From: an uncultured virus (IMG/VR IMGVR_UViG_3300025296_001443)
Lineage: Duplodnaviria > Heunggongvirae > Uroviricota > Caudoviricetes
Reading direction: 5' to 3' (one strand)
Length of the DNA stretch: 64,000 nucleotides
Virus record (IMG/VR): IMGVR_UViG_3300025296_001443
In this document: one piece after another, positions 31,339-39,620 of the stretch
Numbering within the stretch: position 1 is the stretch's first letter
Layout: every line of letters begins with the position of its first letter
The notes under the pieces: generated by a model
What the model saw: only the letters and a program-made list of their open reading frames with translations
Databases searched by the model: none
What the model was told of the DNA's origin: nothing
Made by a program: the position numbers and the translations under genes

Positions 31339-31545
31339 TTAACCTTTTTGTAGATTAACCGCAGAAGAACCTTTTGTGCCTTCTTCAACTTCAAATGTTA
31401 TTACTTCACCTTCAGCTAAACCGCTTAAACCAGCGTTCTTTACTGCTGAGGAATGTACAAAAACATCTTTAGCATCATCATCTCGTGCAATGAATCCGTA
31501 CCCTTTGGTAGGATTAAACCACTTAACTTTACCTTTTATAGTCAT
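31339..31545 (-). CDS. cspA: Cold-shock protein
   Basis: GKVKWFN..KGYGFI (RNP1), DVFVH (RNP2), AVNL. Confidence 0.95.
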   Translation of the reverse strand: MTIKGKVKWFNPTKGYGFIARDDDAKDVFVHSSAVKNAGLSGLAEGEVITFEVEEGTKGSSAVNLQKG

Positions 31546-31572
31546 ACTGTTTCCTTTTATAATAAATTTATT

Positions 31573-31851
31573 TTAATATCTACTTCCTGAATCATAGTTT
31601 CCATCTGTATAATCATGTTTTAATACTTCTATTATTCTAATACGCCCAGTTGTTTCACCTTTTTCTTCAATATATTCTACTTTTGCTTTTATATCTTTAC
31701 CACAAGCAAACTGAACTCGTTCAGGCTGAATAGTTCTTTCTGCCACTCTTTTATTTTTTAAACATTCTGCCATAGAAGATTGATAAGTGTGTTCTACTAA
31801 CTTACCCTCCATAAACATGCAAAGTGCTACGCATAAAATTACTTCTTCCAT
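31573..31851 (-). CDS. Hypothetical protein
   Basis: Coupled ORF; CLKNKRVAER motif. Confidence 0.5.
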   Translation of the reverse strand: MEEVILCVALCMFMEGKLVEHTYQSSMAECLKNKRVAERTIQPERVQFACGKDIKAKVEYIEEKGETTGRIRIIEVLKHDYTDGNYDSGSRY

Positions 31852-32258
31852 TAGTGAGTACCTCCATTACTAAATTCTCTTTGTTTATCCTTTAGTTTTT
31901 CTACATCATTTTGTAGTTTTTCAACAGCTTTATCTAAAGCTTTTATATTAACATCATTATGGAGCATACCATCAACTCTTAGTTGTAGCTTATCTGTTTG
32001 TTTATATAATTCCTCAATCAACATGAATTGTTCTGAGTCAGCCGGAAGACTTCCTAAAAGTCCACGAGGCCATTTTATTCTGAACTCTGAATTCATTTCG
32101 AGATCCTTCTCCATAATTTGTAGTTTAGTTGCGTGTGTATTTAATTTTTCTTGAATGCCAAAAAAAGCCCAAGTTCCTATTGCAACAAGTGCAATGAGGG
32201 ACGCTACCGTTTTCATCGGCATTTGAACTCGTGCTTCATCTGAAATTTTAAGTGCCAT
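31851..32258 (-). CDS. Membrane-anchored coiled-coil protein
   Basis: One TM segment followed by heptad repeats. Confidence 0.5.
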   Translation of the reverse strand: MALKISDEARVQMPMKTVASLIALVAIGTWAFFGIQEKLNTHATKLQIMEKDLEMNSEFRIKWPRGLLGSLPADSEQFMLIEELYKQTDKLQLRVDGMLHNDVNIKALDKAVEKLQNDVEKLKDKQREFSNGGTH

Positions 32259-32266
32259 TAATTTTT

Positions 32267-32500
32267 TTACTTAAATTGAAAAAAGCCAATACAAGCTGCT
32301 ATAATAGTTCCTATACCAATTAATACCGCAACTGCTCCTTTACCTCTTGATACATCATCTGAAAGTTTAGATACTTTTTTATTTAATTCATCTATGGCTT
32401 TAATTAATTGTTTCATTCTTTCAGCACATAACTTTTCATGAGAAGAAAGTCTAATACCTAAAGAAGTATTTACTATTGAAGCAGATGATTTTTTTGCCAT
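32267..32500 (-). CDS. Small coiled-coil protein with C-terminal TM
   Basis: HEKLCAER motif, hydrophobic C-terminus. Confidence 0.5.
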   Translation of the reverse strand: MAKKSSASIVNTSLGIRLSSHEKLCAERMKQLIKAIDELNKKVSKLSDDVSRGKGAVAVLIGIGTIIAACIGFFQFK

Positions 32501-32570
32501 AAATTACCTTTTTTTGTAAAAGTTATATAACAAAAATTATAAAATTAAAAGAATTACAAGTAAGCCTTTT

Positions 32571-33383
32571 TTAACGACCAAATGGATTACCGCTTCCTTT
32601 GCCTGCAAAACTTCCACTTGTGTCTGTTCCATGTGGTCCATCAAATCCAGCATCAGAAGTAACTCCTTGATCTTGATTAGTACCTCTCCAATCTGGTTTA
32701 TCTTTATGAATATTAAATCCCTCATCTCCTGGTTGCGGAGCATTATAAGTCATCATATCTATAGTATTAATATCACCTTGTTTATCCTTATTAGTTATAT
32801 TTTCTATTCTTTCTCTTTCAGCTTTATTAATAGCTCCTCCTGCAAAAATTGGAAGAAGCCAAGGCGCTACTGCTGTTACTAAACCAGAACCTCCTGCTAA
32901 TGCTGCTGCACTTCCTCCTATTCTCATTGCAGTTTGAGCACTTGAGGGTATTCCTAAATTATTTTCTATCCAACCATTATATGCAGATATATTATTATTT
33001 ACTGTATTTTTATAATTATCAATTTTATTTTCTTTATCAAAGTTCCATTCAAATTTTCCTTTTTTTTCTTTTCCTAAATCAGGAAAATAATCTGATTCTC
33101 CTTCTAAATCTTTTAATACTTTATCTCGTTTTACTTTCTCTTCCCAATCTCTAATTTTTTTTTTATCTTCAGGATCATCTTTAGAAGTTTCTATAATTTC
33201 TTTAGTAAGTTTAGAAGTATCTACACTATCAGGTTGTTGTGCTACTTGACAAATACCATTTACTGACATTCTTCCATCTGAACATACAAATTCATTACCT
33301 TCTTGATAGTTATATAATAAATCGTTAATAGTTCCCATATCATTTACCTTGTCTATTATATTTCTTATACGACCTTTTTTCAC
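32571..33383 (-). CDS. Hypothetical protein
   Basis: 270-aa ORF with Gly/Ala hydrophobic patch; start codon uncertain. Confidence 0.5.
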   Translation of the reverse strand: MKKGRIRNIIDKVNDMGTINDLLYNYQEGNEFVCSDGRMSVNGICQVAQQPDSVDTSKLTKEIIETSKDDPEDKKKIRDWEEKVKRDKVLKDLEGESDYFPDLGKEKKGKFEWNFDKENKIDNYKNTVNNNISAYNGWIENNLGIPSSAQTAMRIGGSAAALAGGSGLVTAVAPWLLPIFAGGAINKAERERIENITNKDKQGDINTIDMMTYNAPQPGDEGFNIHKDKPDWRGTNQDQGVTSDAGFDGPHGTDTSGSFAGKGSGNPFGR

Positions 33384-33467
33384 TTTTGTTAAGATTTTTT
33401 TTATGTCGTCTAGGTCTTTTGGGAGGTTTATCTCGAGGAATAAAGCTTGTATACTTTATCCGAGCCA

Positions 33468-34676
33468 TTATTTATTCTTATATTTGTTCCACTTTTTTCT
33501 TCCAACTGTATCAAAAATTCTTTTATTTAATAATTTTGATTTTCTTATATTTCCGCCTGTATCTTCAAGTTTTTTAAGTAATAATTTATCATCTATTTTT
33601 ATTACTTTAGCAACTTGAATATTGCCATCATCATCAAAAGTCTTTTCAGCTTTCGTTGCTACAAAATTATCTTTTTCGTTTCTTGACATTTTTCTTTACT
33701 TTTTTTTTAATCTTTTTAGGTGCTGACATTCTAGAGTTTTGTAATCTTCCTTCTCCTGATCCTGCACCGGCAGTCATTTTCATAATTAAGCCTTTAATTT
33801 TTTAATTGCAGCTTGATTATCTTTAGCATAAGAATTAGTACGTTCTTCTTTTGATTTTTTTTTCTCATTAGCTTTTACTTGTGTATCAAGCGCACCCACT
33901 GATTGTTGAATATCCTGCCATTCATCAGAACCTAAAGAACCTGTCGATTCAAGAAGAGGTGGATTACGTTTTGTCATAATTAATCCTTTTTTAAAGCACT
34001 AATCATTTTCTTATTATATGAAGAATAAGAATTAGTTCCAGATTCAACTGTCTTTTTTAAATCTTTAACAGCATCAAGTTCACCTTTGTGAGAAGGTTCT
34101 TTATCCAGTAAAGTTTTTATATCTTTCTTTGAAACCGGATATAGCTTTTTAGCTTCCGATTTAATTTTTTCTTTAGTAGACATAATTAACTTCTTTTAAT
34201 TTTTTTAATAAAAGATTTATTATCAGAGTTAAAATTTGAATTTCTTTTTAGTTTAGATATAAAAGCTCTGTTATCACCATTGTAATCAGAGTTGCCTTTA
34301 GTCTTGTCTTGAATAGTTTTTTCAGCAGCTGCATCCATATGTGGTGGATGAGCTTGTGGTCCAAAACCTGCAGCAGCTCCACTTGAATTGTACTGAACAG
34401 GTGTTCTAGTAGTTTTCTGTGTAGTTGTCATTAGTAGATTCCTCCAGTTATATTTAGTTTTTTCATGAAGTCTTTTTCTTCTGCTTCACGTCTTGTTTGT
34501 TGTTTTACTACTTCATCGTCCGGATTCTGCATAGCTTTCTTAATCATCGCTGCAGGTTCAATAGCATCAGGATTTTTTTCGTAAAATCTAGCATTAGCCT
34601 TTTTAACATCTTTTACACTAAAGTTTTCTGTAGTGTAATTAGGTTCTTTGCCTCGTCTAGTAAATGGGTTACTCAT
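33468..34676 (-). other. Run of small coupled hypothetical genes (33468-33689, 33667-33783, 33786-33977, 33980-34183, 34186-34431, 34431-34676)
   Basis: Abutting ORFs; 33667-33783 is a hand translation (MKMTAGAGSGEGRLQNSRM...). Confidence 0.5.
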
Positions 34677-35037
34677 TTAAGTCCTCCGTTGTACTTAATT
34701 TTTTATTTAGTATACCTTGAAAACATGACTGTGTAAAGGTCGGAAGTAACATTTCGCTAATAGGATTTTTATTATGGCCAGTAGACCATGATAGACAGGG
34801 AGTTCCCCTCTCATCCCATGCTACTAGAGCATATCCTTTAATATCCATTTTATCAGTTATCTTGATACATGCCTCATGAAAAGCATTAATTACTTGATCA
34901 TTTTGTGCTTTTTCGATTTGTTTAGGACTAGGAGGCTTTTGTTTAATAGGTCTATACCTATTAAGAGTAATAATGTTTGTTTTTATAGCTGCGTTTCCGT
35001 TGTTTCCTCTGTTCATAATCTTCATCTTCGGGATCAT
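34669..35037 (-). CDS. Hypothetical protein
   Basis: Overlaps the terL end; real start may be the later Met (MNRG). Confidence 0.45.
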   Translation of the reverse strand: MIPKMKIMNRGNNGNAAIKTNIITLNRYRPIKQKPPSPKQIEKAQNDQVINAFHEACIKITDKMDIKGYALVAWDERGTPCLSWSTGHNKNPISEMLLPTFTQSCFQGILNKKLSTTEDLNE

Positions 35038-36472
35038 CAGGATGAGCGACTAAAAAGCCATCACGAATACGCAATAAAGCTTGTACACACGTATCATGAA
35101 CATCATCAAATTTTCCATAAGGAAAAGCTGCTGATTCCTCTATGACACTTTTAGTCCAATCTTTATCTAAAGTAAACACTAATCCGCCTTCGAACATTGA
35201 AGCTACCGAGTGCGTTCTAGATACCTTATCTCTATCTGGACTATAAGTAATTACAGGAACTCCTGATCTTCTCATATCTTGTATTAAACTCTGGCCACTA
35301 GCTCTTTTTTCTATTAATACTTGATCAGGATACCATTTCTCATAAGCCTCTTGTGATCTTTTTCTTAAATCGGGATATTCTAATCTTTCTTTCCATGCGT
35401 CTAATAATAAACATGCAGCATAAGGTTTATTTTCTTTATCTCTTTCTGTATAAACTCCCCAGGTAGTACATGCAGAGAAGTCAGCACTATCTTTTGTAGA
35501 GAAGGCAGTATCATAAGATTGAAGAACATATGATAAAGTTGGAATTTTATCTTCTGGATATATATTCCACCAATCTCTTTTAATAATGGATCCTTCATCA
35601 CCTGAAGGTTGCTGTTGATAAAGAGCTGACCATACTCGTTCTCCTACTGTACTTTTAATTTTTTCTAAAGCTTCTTTAGGATAAGCTTCAGGCCATAACG
35701 CATTTCCTTTTGAATCAATAGCAGGTAAATCTAAAATTTTCCAATCTTCTTTACTTTCATTTAAAATATGACCAGCTAAATCATCTTGGTGCCATCTAGT
35801 TTGAATTATAATTATTTTTCCACCTGGCTGTAATCTAGTATAAGCGACTGACTTATACCATTCGATTAAATTTTTTCTTTGAACTTCTGACTCAGCGTCC
35901 TCTCTTCCTTTTATAGGGTCATCTATAATTAATAAATGCGCACCTCTACCTGTAATTGCTCCTCCTGCACCGACAGCTGAATAAGTTCCACCTTGCATTG
36001 TATGGAATCTTTTAACAGAAGTTGAATCTGCTCGAAGGCCCACGTGTGGAAATACATTATTAAAGTCTGGACTAATAATTTGATTACGAACCTTTCGTCC
36101 AAAGTCATCTGCTAGTTCTTGAGCATAAGTAGCCTGTATAACAAATTCATTAGGATTATTTCCTAGATACCAAGCTGGAAAGAACTCTGAGCATAACATT
36201 GACTTTCCATGTCTTGGTGGCATAAAAACTGCTAGTCTAGTTATTTCTCCTTTTTCTAAAAGTTCTAGATTTTGAGCAATTAATCTTATATGAGCAGGGT
36301 CCTTATATTGAGGATATATATGTGTAGCATATTGTAATAAAGTTTTACGAGCTTGAGAAGTAGATAGTATCTTATTTAAATGTTCTACTACTTCACCCGC
36401 ACGTTTATCTTTAGTTTTTTTGTATATCTGAATAGCTGACTTTAACTGTTCCTTGATCTGGAGTTCTTGCAT
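34961..36472 (-). CDS. terL: Terminase large subunit
   Basis: MPPRHGKS Walker A, LLIIDDP Walker B, QTRWHQDDL, YQQQP, SYDTA, IEKRASG, DDVHD nuclease residues. Confidence 0.95.
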   Translation of the reverse strand: MQELQIKEQLKSAIQIYKKTKDKRAGEVVEHLNKILSTSQARKTLLQYATHIYPQYKDPAHIRLIAQNLELLEKGEITRLAVFMPPRHGKSMLCSEFFPAWYLGNNPNEFVIQATYAQELADDFGRKVRNQIISPDFNNVFPHVGLRADSTSVKRFHTMQGGTYSAVGAGGAITGRGAHLLIIDDPIKGREDAESEVQRKNLIEWYKSVAYTRLQPGGKIIIIQTRWHQDDLAGHILNESKEDWKILDLPAIDSKGNALWPEAYPKEALEKIKSTVGERVWSALYQQQPSGDEGSIIKRDWWNIYPEDKIPTLSYVLQSYDTAFSTKDSADFSACTTWGVYTERDKENKPYAACLLLDAWKERLEYPDLRKRSQEAYEKWYPDQVLIEKRASGQSLIQDMRRSGVPVITYSPDRDKVSRTHSVASMFEGGLVFTLDKDWTKSVIEESAAFPYGKFDDVHDTCVQALLRIRDGFLVAHPDDPEDEDYEQRKQRKRSYKNKHYYS

Positions 36473-37262
36473 TTTGTAATCCTTGTCCTACTGCTCCTTT
36501 ATTTCTATAAGCTTCAAATCTATCTGCTAATTTAGTAAATGGCTCTACTTCTTTTCGTACAATTTTTTGCCAGTGTAAAGAAGATTGTCCTATCTTATCT
36601 AAATACCAAGCTAATTTAGAAGCATCAGCAAATCTTAAATTGATCATTTTTTGATGATGAAGGTCTCCTTCTTCTTTTGGGTTCCCTTCTTTATACACTC
36701 TACTTTTAAAAATTTCGTCATCATTATTTCCTGTAATGTCAGCTCTATCATGTAAAACTTTAACTCCTACATCTTGCATGATATCTAACATGTAAGCAAT
36801 CTCTGAGAGCCATGCATCATTTTGTCCATGTAAACTTAAATGATCTAGACATCTAAACCAATCCCAGGGTACAATAGGAAAGATACTGTAAGGATGACCA
36901 GTGGATTCCTCAATCCGGAGCAACTTAAACTGGCCATCAAACTTTCCTATCTCTGAATCCCAATCTTTAGTTTGCATTATAGCATCATCATTAAAGATCA
37001 TGATCCATGTACCTTGAGCGTATACAGAGAGGGCATTATTGTATCTGTGTAAATTTTCGTAACCTAATCTTTTAAACTTAATTACTGATCTAGCAGGATG
37101 TTTAATATCTTTTAAAAAATCTATACTTTCTTGATCATCTTCATCTACTCCATAAAGTAGTTGAATTTTACTAGGATCTTTAGCATTATCTAATAATGAT
37201 TCTGTACATTTCTTAATTAAAGGAATTCTTTTACGAGTAGGAAGTAAAACTGATATAGACAT
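36411..37262 (-). CDS. Glycosyltransferase family 2-like
   Basis: ISVLLPTRKR, YGVDEDD, IFNDD (DxD-like), NDAWL; overlaps the terL start. Confidence 0.75.
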   Translation of the reverse strand: MSISVLLPTRKRIPLIKKCTESLLDNAKDPSKIQLLYGVDEDDQESIDFLKDIKHPARSVIKFKRLGYENLHRYNNALSVYAQGTWIMIFNDDAIMQTKDWDSEIGKFDGQFKLLRIEESTGHPYSIFPIVPWDWFRCLDHLSLHGQNDAWLSEIAYMLDIMQDVGVKVLHDRADITGNNDDEIFKSRVYKEGNPKEEGDLHHQKMINLRFADASKLAWYLDKIGQSSLHWQKIVRKEVEPFTKLADRFEAYRNKGAVGQGLQNARTPDQGTVKVSYSDIQKN

Positions 37263-37381
37263 ACCTCACCTTATTTTGTTTATGATACTAAATAAACAAA
37301 AATATTTGCCCACCGTCCTCCCTGTTTCAAGTAAGTCTCCCTACCATTTAGTGAAACAACCCCTAAATTACTGAATAGAAA

Positions 37382-37594
37382 TTACTTTTTCTTTCGTAGT
37401 GAAACTATTAAAGTTCCGTAATATCCAGTAATAAGGTTCAGCGACAAAATTATTTTTTCTAATATCCAAGATATTAATAAACTTGCATATCTAAACAATT
37501 TTAGTATAAGCTGCACTATATAAATGGGAGTTAAAGTTACTCCCATTAACAATAAGCATATACTCACTGTTATAAAATCTAAAGTTTTTTCCAA
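37382..37594 (-). CDS. Hydrophobic small protein (uncertain)
   Basis: TM-like ORF with TTG start. Confidence 0.3.
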   Translation of the reverse strand: MEKTLDFITVSICLLLMGVTLTPIYIVQLILKLFRYASLLISWILEKIILSLNLITGYYGTLIVSLRKKK

Positions 37595-37612
37595 TAATTT
37601 AATTCGTTAAGT

Positions 37613-37801
37613 TTAAGAAAGAAAAATGATTAATATTATAAGAACAGCTAGTGCTATACCACAGCTCCAGCTAGTTGATTTACACACAGGACACATTCCG
37701 TCTTTCCATAATTTTGAAGAAAAAGGTATATATTGACACATATTAAAAGATTTAAGCCAAGACATTAAACTTTTAATTTTATTTGTTATTTTTAAAATCA
37801 T
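37613..37801 (-). CDS. Small membrane protein (start revised to MILKITNK)
   Basis: AAGGAG precedes the ATG at 37801; CPVC motif and C-terminal TM. Confidence 0.45.
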   Translation of the reverse strand: MILKITNKIKSLMSWLKSFNMCQYIPFSSKLWKDGMCPVCKSTSWSCGIALAVLIILIIFLS

Positions 37802-38061
37802 AAGATACTCCTTATATTTTTTCAGTAGGCTACTATTTAAAAAGCAAAATGTACAGCTATAAAATTTATATACATTTAATTCATTCATCACTCTTTCTCT
37901 ATCTTTCTCCCTAGAAAGAGTCAAATCGCTTTTTAAACTTAATACGATTTTTTTTAATTAAACTTAATACGATTTTTAAATACTATCTATTTAAGATTAG
38001 CTTTTTATTTTAAGATTAGTTTTTTTTAATTAGTCTTTAAGAAAAAAAAAAAGAATAAAAA

Positions 38062-38095
38062 AAAACGCGTACTTAAATTAATAAGTACGCGTTTT
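38062..38095 (-). terminator. Rho-independent terminator after the desert gene
   Basis: AAAACGCGTACTTA-6 nt-TAAGTACGCGTTTT inverted repeat followed on the minus strand by long T runs. Confidence 0.75.
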
Positions 38096-38111
38096 AATTC
38101 GAATAAATAAC

Positions 38112-38504
38112 TTATAAGTTATTTATTCTAGTTTCGAAAAATTTAATATTCTCTAATATTTCGTTAGATACTTTATTAGTTTTTACGTATTCTTTATTAG
38201 AATTTAATAAGTCTAAATATAGATTTTTTTTATTTTTATCTAAATAGCTATTTAAATCGATTAATAAATTAACTTTTTTAAAACGATTATTTTTCGTAGT
38301 ATCGTACTCTATATCGATCTTACGATAATCGTTATTAAAAGCTTTCTCTATATTAGTCGAAAATTTAGATTTTTCGTAAATAAAAAAAGACTTCGTTTTA
38401 TCTCTTTTATTATTAAATAATCTAAATAAAATTTTCTTATTAGCGTATTCTCTAAAAGATAACGCGATTTTATTTTCGATTATTTTATTTTCTATTTTTT
38501 TCGT
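38112..38504 (-). CDS. Unannotated 130-codon paralogue of 39024-39404 with probable ACG start
   Basis: Hand translation (T/M)KKIENKIIENKIALSFREYANKKILFRLFNNKRDKTKSFFIYEK...AFNNDYRKIDIEYDTT...ETRINNL-stop; ungapped similarity to 39024-39404; no ATG/GTG/TTG in the frame. Confidence 0.85.
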   Translation of the reverse strand, partial: TKKIENKIIENKIALSFREYANKKILFRLFNNKRDKTKSFFIYEKSKFSTNIEKAFNNDYRKIDIEYDTTKNNRFKKVNLLIDLNSYLDKNKKNLYLDLLNSNKEYVKTNKVSNEILENIKFFETRINNL

Positions 38505-38693
38505 ATAGTCTATCTCTCTCGCTTTCTAATTATTCTTAAAATATTTAAAAAAATATTTCTTTTTAAATAATTAATAGAATATTAGTTTATTTTTAAAGAA
38601 ATTAAAAGAAAAAAAACGTTTAATTCTCGTATAAGTAGAAACTTTTTTATACTCGTTTCGTTCTCGTTTCGTTCTTATTATTCTCGTTTTAGT

Positions 38694-38768
38694 TTAAATC
38701 GTAATATAAGAATAAAGTAATATTAAAAATATCGTAAATATTAAATTTCTAAAATAGTATAAAAGCAT
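38694..38768 (-). CDS. 24-aa hydrophobic micro-protein
   Basis: MLLYYFRNLIFTIFLILLYSYITI after GAAAGTAAAA; its ATG is the only TG/CA between 37924 and 38856. Confidence 0.5.
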   Translation of the reverse strand: MLLYYFRNLIFTIFLILLYSYITI

Positions 38769-38895
38769 TTTTTACTTTCGTTAATTAATTTAATTAATTT
38801 ATTTATAATTATTTTTTTATACTAAAAAACGTTTTTATTATTTTATCGTAAGAAATTGTTTAGAGCTTTTTCTAGTAATTTTTTTTTATTTTTCT

Positions 38896-38990
38896 TGATC
38901 CCTGCTGATCCCTCTTGCGCCTTTCCTCCTTGATCACCGTTGATCAAGCACACTTCAACAAGCAACTAGCATCAAGCCACATTTCAACAA
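38896..38990. repeat. Repeat block 1: phased TGATC and TTCAACAAG motifs
   Basis: TGATC at 38896, 38906, 38931, 38941; TTCAACAAG twice. Confidence 0.8.
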
Positions 38991-39011
38991 GGGAGCGATT
39001 TCTCGCTCCCT
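38990..39011 (-). terminator. Hairpin/terminator after 39024-39404
   Basis: AGGGAGCGA-GAAA-TCGCTCCCT on the minus strand, weak U-tract. Confidence 0.6.
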
Positions 39012-39023
39012 AATTTAGGATTA

Positions 39024-39404
39024 TTATAACTGTGATATAATTTGCTCGAAGTATTTTTGATTGTCTATAATACTTTGAGGTACTTTATTTTTTTTGATAA
39101 ACTCTCTGTTAGATGAAAGCATTTCCTCATAGAGCTTCTTTTTAGATTTATTGATATACTGAGGCACATCTACTAACACATTAGCTTTTTTAAATCTAAG
39201 GTTAGCGGTTGTATCGTACTCGATATCCACTTTTCTATAGTCATTATCGAAGGCTTGCTTGATAGTTGAACTAAGTCTAGCTTTTTCATAAATGTTGAAA
39301 GACTTAGATTTATTTCTTTTAGGATTGAACAATCTAAAAAGAACTCTTTTGTCTGCTATTCCTCTAAACGATAGAGGTATTTTGTTTTCTACTAACTTTG
39401 TCAT
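39024..39404 (-). CDS. Basic hypothetical protein with NPKR...YE...DIEYD motif
   Basis: ORF track; own promoter-like element and terminator; paralogue at 38112-38504. Confidence 0.75.
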   Translation of the reverse strand: MTKLVENKIPLSFRGIADKRVLFRLFNPKRNKSKSFNIYEKARLSSTIKQAFDNDYRKVDIEYDTTANLRFKKANVLVDVPQYINKSKKKLYEEMLSSNREFIKKNKVPQSIIDNQKYFEQIISQL

Positions 39405-39439
39405 ATATTTCTACTTTCTGTTTTAGTTAATATCTGTAC

Positions 39440-39470
39440 AGTATATATATTTTTCTACACAATTAAACAA
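39440..39470 (-). promoter_or_regulatory. Sigma70-like promoter (TTGTTT-17-TATATA)
   Basis: Same element recurs upstream of several early genes. Confidence 0.5.
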
Positions 39471-39505
39471 AATAATTATTATATTGTTGTTGATATATAT
39501 ACTCC

Positions 39506-39607
39506 TGATCCCTGCTGATCACTCTTGATCCTATAATCTTTTGATCCCTGCTGATCACTCGGGCTCAAGCACATTTCAACAAGCCAATTTCAACAGCCTT
39601 CAACAAG
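39506..39607. repeat. Repeat block 2: phased TGATC and TTCAACA motifs
   Basis: TGATC at 39506, 39516, 39526, 39542, 39552; TGATCCCTGCTGATC shared with block 1; TTCAACA at 39575, 39589, 39599. Confidence 0.8.
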
Positions 39608-39620
39608 GCCGGGTTGCTTG

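Larger units (their letters stand above)
37924..38765. other. Dinucleotide desert: no CA, TG, CC or GG in 842 bp
   Basis: Read line by line; every C is followed by G or T and every G is preceded by C or A. Confidence 0.92.

Noticed and set aside
37802..37924. N-terminal extension of ORF 37613-37924 from a TTG
   Set aside because: A good RBS precedes the ATG at 37801; the upstream part looks like non-coding boundary sequence.
37924..38765. Desert produced by C-to-T hypermutation (RIP- or deaminase-like decay) of a duplicated gene
   Set aside because: The frame has no premature stops (CAA to TAA would create them), replacements such as Q to K, P to N, G to E and ATG to ACG are mostly not C-to-T changes, and CG is retained. 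This fits selection better than decay.
38896..39607. CRISPR or mini-array interpretation of the repeats
   Set aside because: Units are 5-19 bp with about 10-bp spacing, there are no 30-40 bp unique spacers, and no cas genes.
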